From assembly GCF_963921235.1 (NCBI RefSeq), contig NC_086108.1, positions 116,376,001 through 116,440,000 of the forward strand: 64,000 nucleotides of DNA. The letters run 5' to 3'. Within the stretch, counting starts at the first letter, position 1. Each line of letters opens with the position of its first letter. A program made the translations under genes and the position numbers. The DNA is from Mobula hypostoma. Its lineage: Eukaryota. Positions 1 to 11,635 of this stretch are shown here, piece after piece. Below the pieces are notes generated by a model. The model had not been told where the DNA came from and made no database searches. It saw only the letters and a program-made list of their open reading frames with translations.

Positions 1-3000
1 CTGGGGTGTGGGCTGATGGTGTGTTTCAGAGACACACAGCGATGTGGGGTGATGGTGGGTTTCAGAGTCACACAGGGATGTGGGGTGATGGCGTTCAGAG
101 ACACACAGGGATGTGGGGTGATGGTGGGTTTCAGAGACACACAGGGATGTGGGGTGATGGGTTTGAGACATACAGGGATGTGGGGTGATGGGTTTCAGAG
201 ACACACAGGGATGTGGGGTGATGGGTTTCAGAGACACACAGGGATGTGGGGTGATGGAGAGTTTCAGAGACACACAGGGATGTGGGGTGATGGGTTTCAG
301 AGACACACAGGGATGTGGTGTGATGGAGAGTTTCAGAGACACACAGGGATGTGGGATGATGGGTTTCAGAGACACCCAGTGATGTGGGGTGATGGGTTTC
401 AGAGACACACAGGGTTGTGGGGTGATGGAGAGGTTCAGAGACATACAGGGATGTGGGGTGATGGGTTTCAGAGACACACAGGGATATGGGGTGATGGATT
501 TGAGACATACATGGATGTGGGGTTATGCTGGGTTTCGGAGACACACAGGGATATGGGGTTCTGGGTTTCAGAGACACACAGGGATGTGGGGTGATGGGTT
601 TGAGACATACAGGGATGTGGGGTGATGGGTTTCAGAGACACACAGGGATATGGGGTTCTGGGTTTCAGAGACACACAGGGATGTGGAGTGATGGTCGCTT
701 TCAGAGACACACAGGGATGTGGGGTTATGGTGGGTTTCAGAGAGACACAGCGATGTGGGGTGATGAGTTTCAGAGACTCACTGGGTTGTGGGCTGATGGT
801 GTGTTTCAGAGACATACAGGGATGTGGGGTGATGGTGGGTTTCAGAGTCACACAGGGATTTGGGGTGATGGGTTTCCTAGACACACAGGGATGTGGGGTT
901 GTTGGTTTCAGAGACACACAGGGATGTGGGGTGATGGTGGGTTTCAGAGACACACAGGGATGTCGGGTGATGGGTTTCAGAGACACACAGCGATGTGGGA
1001 TGATGGTCGGTTTCAGAGACACCCAGGGATGTGGGGTGATGGTCGCTTTCAGAGACACAGAGGGATGTGGGGTTATGGTGCGTTTCAGAGAGACACAGGG
1101 ATGTGGGGTGATGAGTTTCAGAGACTCACTGGGGTGTGGGCTGATGGTGTGTTTCAGAGACACTCAGGGATGTGGGGTGATGGCGTTCAGAGACATACAG
1201 GGATGTGGGTTGGTGGTGGGTTTCAGAGACACACAGGGATGTGGGGTGATGGTGAGTTTCAGAGACACTCAGGGATGTGGGGTGATGGACAATTTCCGCG
1301 ACACACAGTTATGTGGTGTGATCGTGGGTTTCAGAGACACACAGGGATGTGGGGTGATGGGTTTGAGACATACAGGGATGTGGGGTGATGGGTTTCACAG
1401 GCATACAGAGATGTGGGGTGATGGAGGGTTTCAGAGACACACTGGGATTGTGAGGTGATGGTGGGTTTCAGAGACACACAGGGTTGTGGGCAGATGGAGG
1501 GTTTCAGAGACACACAGGGATGTGAGGTGATCGTGGGTTTCAGAGAAACACAGGGATGTGGGGTGATGGTGGGTTTCAGAGACACACAGGGATGTGGGGT
1601 CATGGAGATTTTCAGAGACACACAGGGATGTGGGGTGATGGAGAGTTTCAGAGACACACAGGGATGTGGGGTGATGGGTTTCAGTGACACACAGGGATGT
1701 GGGCATATGGAGGGTCTCAGAGACACACAGGGATGTGAGGTGATGGTGGGTTTCAGAGAAACACAGGGATGTGGGGTGATGTGTTTCAGAGACACACAGG
1801 GATGTGAGGTGATGGGTTTCATAGACACACAGGGATGTGGGGTGGTGGTGTTTTTCCTAAACACACAGGGATGCGGGGTGATCAAGATTTTCAGAGACAC
1901 ACAGGGACGTGGGGTGATTGTGTGTTTCAGAGGCACCCAGGGATGTGGGGTGATGGGTTTCAGAGAAACACAGGGATGTGGGGTGATGGTGGGTTTCAGA
2001 GACACACAGGGATGTGGGGTGATGGGTTTCAGAGACACACAGTGATGTGGGATGATGGTCGGTTTCAGAAACACCCAGGGCTGTGGGGTTATGGTGGTGT
2101 TATGGTGGGTTTCAGAGAGACACAGGGATGTCGGGTGATGAGTTTCAGAGGCTCACTGGGGTGTGGGCTGATGGTGTGTTTCAGAGACACACAGGGATGT
2201 GGGGTGATGGTGGGTTTCAGAGTCACACAGGGATGTGGGGTGATGGGTTTCAGAGACACACAGGGATGTGGGGTGATGGTGGGTTTCAGAGACACACAGG
2301 GATGTGGGATGATTGTGTGTTTCAGAGGCACCCAGGGATGTGGGGTGATGGGTTTCAGAGAAACACAGGGATGTGGGGTGATGGTGGGTTTCAGAGACAC
2401 ACAGGGATGTGGGGTGATGGGTTTCAGAGACACACAGCGATGTGGGATGATGGTCGGTTTCAGAGACACCCAGGGATGTGGGGTTATGGTGGGGTTATGG
2501 TGGGTTTCAGAGAGACACAGGGATGTCGGGTGATGAGTTTCAGAGACTCACTGGGGTGTGGGTTGATGGTGTGTTTCAGAGACACACAGGGATGTGGGGT
2601 GATGGTGGGTTTCAGAGTCACACAGGGATGTGGGGTGATGGCGTTCAGAGACACACAGGGATGTGGGGTGATGGTGGGTTTCAGAGACACACAGGGATGT
2701 GGGGTGATGGGTTTCAGAGACACACAGGGATGTGGTGTGATGGAGAGTTTCAGAGACACACAGGGATGTGGGATGATGGGTTTCAGAGACACCCAGGGAT
2801 GTGGGGTGATGGGTTTCAGAGACACACAGGGTTGTGGGGTGATGGAGAGGTTCAGAGACATACAAATATGTGGGGTGATGGGTTTCAGAGACACACAGGG
2901 ATGTGGGGTGATGGAGATTTTCAGAGACACACAGGGATGTGGGGTGATGGTGTGTTTCAGAGACACACAGGGATGTGGGGTGATGGAGAGTTTCAGAGAC

Positions 3001-6000
3001 ACACAGGGATGTGGGGTGATGGGTTTCAGTGACACACAGGGATGTGGGCATATGGAGGGTCTCAGAGACACACAGGGATGTGAGGTGATGGTGGGTTTCA
3101 GAGAAACACAGGGATGTGGGGTGATGGGTTTCAGAGACACACAGGGATGTGAGGTGATGGGTTTCATAGACACACAGGGATGTGGGGTGATGGTGTTTTT
3201 CCTAAACACACAGGGATGCGGGGTGATCAAGATTTTCAGAGACACACAGGGACGTGGGGTGATTGTGTGTTTCAGAGGCACCCAGGGATGTGGGGTGATG
3301 GGTTTCAGAGAAACACAGGGATGTGGGGTAATGGTGGGTTTCAGAGACACACAGGGATGTGGGGTGATGGGTTTCAGAGACACACAGTGATGTGGGATGA
3401 TGGTCGGTTTCAGAAACACCCAGGGCTGTGGGGTTATGGTGGGGTTATGGTGGGTTTCAGAGAGACACAGGGATGTCGGGTGATGAGTTTCAGAGGCTCA
3501 CTGGGGTGTGGGCTGATGGTGTGTTTCATAGACACACAGGGATGTGGGGTGATGGTGTTTTTCCGAGACACACAGGGATGCGGGTTTATCGAGATTTTCA
3601 GAGACACACAGGGACGTGGGATGATTGTGTGTTTCAGAGGCACCCAGGGATGTGGGGTGATGGGTTTCAGAGAAACACAGGGATGTGGGGTGATGGTGGG
3701 TTTCAGAGACACACAGGGATGTGGGGTGATGGGTTTCAGAGACACACAGCGATGTGGGATGATGGTCGGTTTCAGAGACACCCAGGGATGTTGGGTTATG
3801 GTGGGGTTATGGTGGGTTTCAGAGAGACACAGGGATGTCGGGTGATGAGTTTCAGAGGCTCACTGGGGTGTGGGCTGATGGTGGGTTTCAGAGACACACA
3901 GGGATGTGGGGTGATGGTGGGTTTCAGAGTCACACAGGGATGTGGGGTGATGGCGTTCAGAGACTCACAGGGATGTGGTGTGATGGTGGGTTTCAGAGAC
4001 ACACAGGGATGTGGGGTGATGGGTTTGAGACATACAGGGATGTGGGGTGATGGGTTTCAGAGACACACAGGGATATGGGGTTCTGGGTTTCAGAGACACA
4101 CAGGGATGTGGGGTGATGGAGAGTTTCAGAGACACACAGGGATGTGGGGTGATGGGTTTCAGAGACACACAGGGATGTGGTGTGATGGAGAGTTTCAGAG
4201 ACACACAGGGATGTGGGATGATGGGTTTCAGAGACACCCAGGGATGTGGGTTGATGGGTTTCAGAGACACACAGGGTTGTGGGGTGATGGAGAGGTTCAG
4301 AGACACACAGGGATATGGGGTTCTGGGTTTCAGAGACACACAGGGATGTGGGGTGATGGGTTTGAGACATACAGGGATGTGGGGTGATGGGTTTCAGAGA
4401 CACACAGGGATATGGGGTTCTGGGTTTGAGAGACACACAGGGATGTGGAGTGATGGTCGCTTTCAGAGACACACAGGGATGTGGGGTTATGGTGGGTTTC
4501 AGAGAGACACAGTGATGTGGGGTGATGAGTTTCAGAGACTCACTGGGGTGTGGGCTGATGGTGTGTTTCAGAGACACACAGGGATGTGGGGTGATGGTGG
4601 GTTTCAGAGTCACACAGGGATTTGGGGTGATGGGTTTCATAGACACACAGGGATGTGGGGTTGTTGGTTTCAGAGACACACAGGGATGTGGGGTGATGGT
4701 GGGTTTCAGAGACACACAGGGATGTCGGGTGATGGGTTTCAGAGACACACAGCGATGTGGGATGATGGTCGGTTTCAGAGACACCCAGGGATGTGGGGTG
4801 ATGGTCGCTTTCAGAGACACAGAGGGATGTGGGGTTATGTTGCGTTTCAGAGAGACACAGGGATGTGGGGTGATGAGTTTCAGAGACTCACTGGGGTGTG
4901 GGCTGATGGTGTGTTTCAGAGACAGACAGGGATGTGGGGTGATGGCGTTCAGAGACATACAGAGATGTGGGGTTATGGTGGGTTTCAGAGACACACAGGG
5001 ATATGGGGTTCTGGGTTTCAGAGACACACAGGGATGTGGGGTGATGGAGAGTTTCAGAGACACTCAGGGATGTGGGGTGATGGGTTTCCGAGAAATACAG
5101 GGATGTGGGTTGGTGGTGGGTTTCAGAGACACTCAGGGATGTGGGGTGATGGACAATTTCCGCGACACACAGTTATGTGGTGTGATCGTGGGTTTCAGAG
5201 ACACACAGGGATGTGGGGTGATGGGTTTTAGACATACAGGGATGTGGGGTGATGGGTTTCACAGGCATACAGAGATGTGGGGTGATGGAGGGTTTCAGAG
5301 ACACACAGGGATGTGGGCAGATGGAGGGTTTCAGAGACACACTGGGATTGTGAGGTGATGGTGGGTTTCAGAGACACACAGGGATGTGGGCAGATGGAGG
5401 GTTTCAGAGACACACAGGGACGTGAGGTGATCGTGGGTTTCAGAGAAACACAGGGATGTGGGGTGATGGTGGGTTTCAGAGACACACAGGGATGTGGGGT
5501 CATGGAGATTTTCAGAGACACACAGGGATGTGGGGTGATGGTGTGTTTCAGAGACACACAGGGATGTGGGCTTATGGAGGGTCTCAGAGACACACAGGGA
5601 TGTGAGGTGATGGTGGGTTTCAGAGAAACACAGGGATGTGGGGTGATGGGTTTCAGAGACACACAGGGATGTGAGGTGATGGGTTTCATAGACACACAGG
5701 GATGTGGGGTGATGGTGTTTTTCCTAAACACACAGGGAGGCGGGGTGATCAAGATTTTCAGAGACACACAGGGACGTGGGGTGATTGTGTGTTTCAGAGG
5801 CACCCAGGGATGTGGGGTGATGGGTTTCAGAGAAACACAGGGATGTGGGGTGATGGTGGGTTTCAGAGACACACAGGGATGTGGGGTGATGGGTTTCAGA
5901 GACACACAGTGATGTGGGGTGATGGGTTTCAGAGAAACACAGGGATGTGGGGTGATGGTGGGTTTCAGAGACACACAGGGATGTGGGGTGATGGGTTTCA

Positions 6001-6688
6001 GAGACACACAGTGATGTGGGATGATGGTCGGTTTCAGAGACACCCAGGGATGTGGGGTTATGGTGGGTTTCAGAGAAACACAGGGATGTGGGGTGATGGG
6101 TTTCGGTGTCACACAGGGATGTGTCATGATGGTGGGTTTCAGAGTCACTCACGGATGTGGGGTGATGGATTTCAGAGACACACAGGTATGTGAGGTGATG
6201 GGTTTCATAGACACACAGGGATGTGGGGTGATGGTGTTTTTCCGAGACACACAGGGATGCGGGGTTATCGAGATTTTCAGAGACACACAGGGACTTGGGA
6301 TGATTGTGTGTTTCAGAGACACACAGGGATGTGGGGTGATGGTGGGTTTCAGAGTCACACAGGGATGTGGGGTGATGGCGTTCAGAGACACACAGGGATG
6401 TGGGGTGATGGTGGGTTTCAGAGACACACAGGGATGTGGGATGATTGTGTGTTTCAGAGGCACCCAGGGATGTTGGGTGATGGGTTTCAGAGAAACACAG
6501 TGATGTGGGGTGATGGTGGGTTTCAGAGACACACAGGGATGTGGGGTGATGGGTTTCAGAGACACACAGCGATGTGGGATGATGGTCGGTTTCAGAGACA
6601 CCCAGGGATGTGGGGTTATGGTGGGGTTATGGTGGGTTTCAGAGAGACACAGGGATGTCGGGTGATGAGTTTCAGAGGCTCACTGGGG
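1..6688 (+). repeat. G-rich minisatellite array, 33/36-bp units (CAGAGACACACAGGGATGTGGGGTGATG[GTG]GGTTT), with higher-order duplications; runs into assembly gap
   Basis: Directly visible tandem units. The ORF track shows 11/12-aa periodic translations (RDTQGCGVMGF / RDTQGCGVMVGF). Variant blocks recur (e.g. ~600-2060 reappears at ~4360-6030). Confidence 0.97.
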
Positions 6689-6888
6689 NNNNNNNNNNNN
6701 NNNNNNNNNNNNNNNNNNNNNNNNNNNNNNNNNNNNNNNNNNNNNNNNNNNNNNNNNNNNNNNNNNNNNNNNNNNNNNNNNNNNNNNNNNNNNNNNNNNN
6801 NNNNNNNNNNNNNNNNNNNNNNNNNNNNNNNNNNNNNNNNNNNNNNNNNNNNNNNNNNNNNNNNNNNNNNNNNNNNNNNNNNNNNNNN
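6689..6888. other. Assembly gap (200 N)
   Basis: Run of 200 N; true size unknown. Confidence 1.
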
Positions 6889-7529
6889 GGAAGATTCCAC
6901 ACACTAAACAACCTCTCAGTGTCTCATTAAGCCCATTGCTGAACTTACAATGCTCAGACAACTCTTCAATTCAGCTACGTACACTGAAATGGACTCCCTT
7001 CCTTCTGATTCCACTTATGAAACCTAAAGTATTCTGCAATCAACAATAGTTTCAGTTCTAAGTGTACCTGTGTTACTTTCACAATATCAGCAAAGCTCAT
7101 TTCAACTGGTTTGCTTGGAGCAATCAAACTTTAAGCAAATTTATGCCTTTAAACTCAACGTACTCAGCGAAACTGGCACTTGTTTCTTATTGGCTATTTC
7201 ATCTGCTTTAAAATGCTGCCTAATTCACTCAGTATGCAGAATCCAGCTATCTCTTCTGCAATTGAACATATTAATCTTTCTGATGTAGCCAGCCATTTCT
7301 ATTCTTTCTATTATTTTAGATTTATGATTATTATCATAAAAGCTGCAAGTTTTTTGACAGGAGTTGTTGATTGGAGTACTGTGCAGATGCAACAGAAGCA
7401 TTCCCACACAGGACTGAAAAAGATTTTCAACAGGGAAGCCCACTCTCTATAGAAGAGAGGTACCACCTACCGGGGCAGTCATCATGGGAAGGGTTGCCAT
7501 CGGAGTAGTCTGAGACAGAGTAGGAAGGA

Positions 7530-10127
7530 TTTGGCTCAAACAGGGCTTCAGTGAGAACAGGTGGAGTCCAGGTAAGTTCATTCCTTATTTCTTATTCAAC
7601 TCTAGAGAAAACAGGGGGCATGTCTACAGAGCTGGTGTTCTGTTCTGGCTGTCCGATGTGGGATTTCCAGGAGACTCCCAGCCTCCCCAATGGCCCCACC
7701 TGCACCAGGTGAATCGAGATGCAGCTCCTTAGAGTCTGAGTTAGGGAACTGGAACTTCAACTCGATGAACTTCAGCTTCTTGGGGAAAGTGAGGCAGAGA
7801 TAGATAAATGCTAGAAGGCCACAGGAGACAGATAAATGGGTGACTGTCGAGAGAGGGAAGGGGAAACATCAGATTATGGAGAGCACCCCTGTGGCCATCC
7901 CTCAATAATAAGTACTCCATTTTGTGTACTGTTGGGGGGATGACCTACCTGTGGGAAGCAACAGCGGCTGTGACTCTGGCACTGAGTCTGGCCCCGTGGC
8001 TCAGAAGGGTAGGGAACTGAAGAGTTACAGCAGTTATAGGGCACTCTACAATCAGAGGGACAGATAGGCGATTCTGTGGATACAAAAAGGAAACATGGAT
8101 GGTAGTTAGATAGAAGGGTTCTTGACGTTTCTGGACACGTCCACAATATCCTGAGAAGAGAGGGTGAGCAACCAGAAGTTGTGGGTACCAACGACATGAG
8201 AAGAAAAAAGGAGGAGGTCCTGAAAACAGAATACAGGGGATTAGAAAGGAAGCTGAGAAGCAGGACCTCAAGGGAAGTAATCTCTGGATTACTGCCTGTG
8301 TCACGCGACATTGAGGATAGCAATAGAATGAGGTGGCAGATAAATGCATGGCTGAAGAATTGGGGCGGGGGGTAGGGATGCAGATTTCTGGATAACTCGG
8401 ACTTCTTCTGGGGCAGGTGGGACATGTACAAAAGGGACAGGTTGCACTTGAATCCGAGGGGGAGCATTATTCTTGCGGGCAGATTTACTCGAGCTGTTGG
8501 GAGCAGTTTAAACTACTATGGCAGAGGATGGGAACCAGAATGACAGAGCTGAGGATGAGCCAGCAGGTTTACTAGTAGATTATGGGTGCAACATCAAAGG
8601 ACAAGCCAATGATTGGGTACAAATATGGACAGAAAAAAAGAGTTAAATTTAAAAGTGTGAAGAACATAGGACTGAAGGTGCTGTATTTAAAAGTACGTAG
8701 CATTTAGAATAAGGTGGATGAACTCGAGGCACAATTAAAGATTGGTCGGTATGACGTTGTGGGCATCACTGTGTCGTGGCTGAACAAATTAGACTTAGAC
8801 AAATTGGAAGACTGGGCAGAAAAGTGGCAGATGGAATACAGTGTTGGCAAATGTATTATAATACATTTTGGTAAAAGGAACAATAGTGTAGACTATTATT
8901 TAAATGGGGAGAAGGTTTAAGCAAGAGAGGTGCAGAGGGATTTAGGAGTCCTCATGCAAGACTCTCAGAAGGTAAATTTACAGCTTGAGCTTGTAGTAAA
9001 GAAGACAAATGTAATATTGGCATTTATAGAATATACGAGGGGTGATTGATAAGTTTGTGGCCTAAGGTAGACGGAGTCAATTTTAGAAAACCTGGTATAT
9101 TTATTTCCCTACATTTACACTCTTAGTCCAGCGGTCATGGAGCATACGGATCTCTTCTTTGTAGAAGTTGGTGTCTTGGGCCTCCAGGAGTGGTCCACAG
9201 CAGGGTGAATGATAAGTTTGTGGCCGAAGGTAGAAGGAGATGAGTTATTAACTTCAAGTTTTCTGCATTTTCACTCAAAGAGTTGAACTGCACGTGAATG
9301 TAATGAGAGCTGTATAACTCATCTCCTTCTACCTTAGGCCACAAACTTATCAATCACCCCTGCTGTGAACCACTTCTACAAAGAGGAGATCCATATGCTC
9401 CACGACCGCTGGAGTAAGAGTGGACATGTAGGAGAGGACTATGTTGAAAAATAAGTGTGCTAGGTTTTCTATTTTGACTCCTTCCACCTTCGGCCATGAA
9501 CTTATCAATCACCCCTTGTAAAAGCAAGGAGATAATACTGAGGCTTTATAAGACACTGGTCAGGCCACACTTGGAGTATTGTCAACAGTTTTGAGCCCCA
9601 TGTCTCAGAAAGGCTGTGTTGTCATTGGAGAGAGTCCAGAGGAGGTTCACAAGGATGATTCCAGGAATGAAGGGTTACCATATGAAGAGTGTTTGACAGC
9701 TCTGGGCCTGTACTCACTGGTTCTTAGAAGAATGAAGGGGGGATCTTTTTGAAAACTACTGAATGTTGAAAGGACTAGATAGGGTGGATGTGGAGGGGAT
9801 GTTTCCTATGGTGGGGGTATCCAGAACTAGAGGGCATAGCCTCAAAATTGATGGCAACCTTTTAGAACAGAAGTAAGGAGACATTTTTTGAAAACCAGAG
9901 AGTAGCTAATCTGTGGAATGCTCTGCCACAGTCTTTGGTGGAGGCCAAGTCTGTGCGTATCTTAAGGTGGAAATTGATTGTTTCCTGATTGGTCGGGGCA
10001 TCAAAGGATATGGGGAGAAGGCAGATTATGGGGTTGAGTGGGATCAGCCATGATGGAATGGCAGAGCAGACTCAATGGGTTAAATGGCCTAATTCTGCTC
10101 CTATCTCTTATGGCCTTATGGTCTTAT
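7530..10127 (+). mobile_element. Decayed, internally deleted CR1 LINE: ORF1 (Zn-finger/leucine zipper plus SGNH-esterase-like), start of ORF2 endonuclease, RT C-terminus and 3' end; interrupted by a mariner MITE
   Basis: ORF1-like motifs (GTND...LKTEYRGLERKLRSRTSREVISGLLP) are followed by NKVDELEAQL..YDVVGIT, joined directly to LDKLEDWAEKWQMEYS. The 3' end reads AATTCTGCTCCTATCTCTTATGGCCTTATGGTCTT. Confidence 0.85.
9036..9518. mobile_element. Non-autonomous Tc1/mariner foldback MITE with TA target-site duplication and doubled (nested) TIRs
   Basis: TA|CGAGGGGTGATTGATAAGTT...CTTATCAATCACCCCTTG|TA. An internal second TIR pair lies at ~9202-9250 and ~9315-9362. The arm encodes a mariner transposase C-terminus (FYKEEIHMLHDRWSKSGHVGEDYVEK*). 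Removing the element restores the CR1 sequence ATAGAATATAAAAGCAAGG. Confidence 0.9.
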
Positions 10128-10839
10128 CATTGTTTATGAACCAGTAAAATCATCCATTTTTTGCCTTTTTATAAAACTGAATGTTTTGTTCTCCCCCTTT
10201 GAAGAAAAAATACATGTTTTTTTTTTTTAAAAACTCAAACATCTCATTATGCCTCAACAGTTAGGTAATCATCTCAGATTTGTTTAAAACCTCCTCATTG
10301 TCACTATTATGTTGTGTAACTCCAAAACATAAAACTAATTGAAGGCAAAATGATGGAGACAGGAATAACATGTCTAATTTCATTTTTCTTGAAGCAAAGC
10401 TCTTGCATATAGCATGGTGGCATAAGATAAATGCCATACAACCCACAACTTAACAACAAAGAATGCTTAATCAAAAAATATATTTCCAATATTACTTAAA
10501 TATTACTGAAATATTAAATACACAAGAGTTTGCTAAGAAATTTCTATCACAGCTTTAAATGACTATTCTCCAGTCTTGTAACTATGCCCTCTTGTCAAAG
10601 ACTTTCCTACTTCAGCATCTACCCAGCCATATCCCCTTTAGCATTTTAGATATTTCAATAAAACTAACCCTCATTTTTCCCAAACTCCAAAAGTACAGAT
10701 ATAACTCCTTTAGCCACGATGGTGGGACAAACTTTTTCGTCCTAGGAATTAACCTCAAGAATTCCCTTTGGGCTACCTTCAATGCTAGCATATTTATGCT
10801 TAAGGAGGAAGCTAAAACTGAATGTACTACTCAGTGAGT

Positions 10840-11320
10840 TTCAATAAGTGCATTTAATGTCAGAGAAATGTATACAATATACATCCTGAAATTCTTTTTC
10901 TTTGCAGACCTCCACGAAAACAAAGGAAAGCCCCAAGAAAGAATAAATGACAGTTAAAACATTAGAACCCCCAACCGTAAACACAAAATAACCTGCAGAT
11001 GCTGGGGTCAAAGCAACACTCACAACACGCTGGAGGAACTCTGCAGGTCGGGCAGCATCCGTGGAAAAGATCAGTCGACGTTTCGGGTCGGAACCCTCCG
11101 TCAGGACGTTTTGGGCCGGAACACTTCGTTAGGTCCTGACGAAGGGTTCTTGCCCGAAATGTTGGACTGATCTTTTCCACGGATGCTGCCCAACCTGCTG
11201 AGTTTATCCAGCATGTTGTGAGTGTTGATTAGAACCCCCAATGTCCCTCCCACATACAAGCAGCAGCAGGGCAACAACCCTCCACCCCCACCAGCAACAA
11301 AGCATCAGCACCCTCCAGGT
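10840..11320 (-). mobile_element. 3' tail of L2/Rex1-type LINE, split by a Penelope-derived insertion
   Basis: Starts with CAATAAGTGCATTTAATGTCAGAGAAATG (reverse complement of a LINE 3' end). The sequence continues on both sides of the 10975-11227 insert. Confidence 0.55.
10975..11227. mobile_element. Penelope-like-element-derived inverted-repeat (hairpin) element with hammerhead-ribozyme-like cores on both strands and a 14-bp TSD
   Basis: Direct repeat ATTAGAACCCCCAA at 10961-10974 and 11228-11241. The arms (~11010-11106 and ~11133-11227) are inverted. CTGACGA-AGGGTTCTTGCCC-GAAA lies on + at 11136-11159, with a mirror core on - at 11077-11104. Confidence 0.75.
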
Positions 11321-11635
11321 GGGACTAACAAGACTTCCCTATTTCTGAGCTACAGCATCCCTGCCAAAGAAGTCAATATTCTGCTTGCCTCCCCAACTAC
11401 CTGCTGCAACTGCCCGCTAACCTTTCGTGATTCATCCATATGAAAGGTCTAATGCCTCTGCGCTCCATTCATCTACATAAATAGCAACAAAACAACATAG
11501 AAATTGTCTCTTTAAACCACAGATGCAAAAGCAGATACTGACCTAAGTGTTATGACAGTTTGAATCATGTCGGGGAGGGTCAGAAATTGGGTTACCTTGG
11601 AAGATATCAAATAGTTCACACATTTCCCCTACAGG

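Noticed and set aside
6..6930. Long ORFs (up to 435 aa) with GMWGDGFQRHT / RDTQGCGVMGF periodicity as a repetitive protein gene
   Set aside because: They are open in several frames on both strands with frequent frame switches, which is a by-product of 33/36-bp satellite units.
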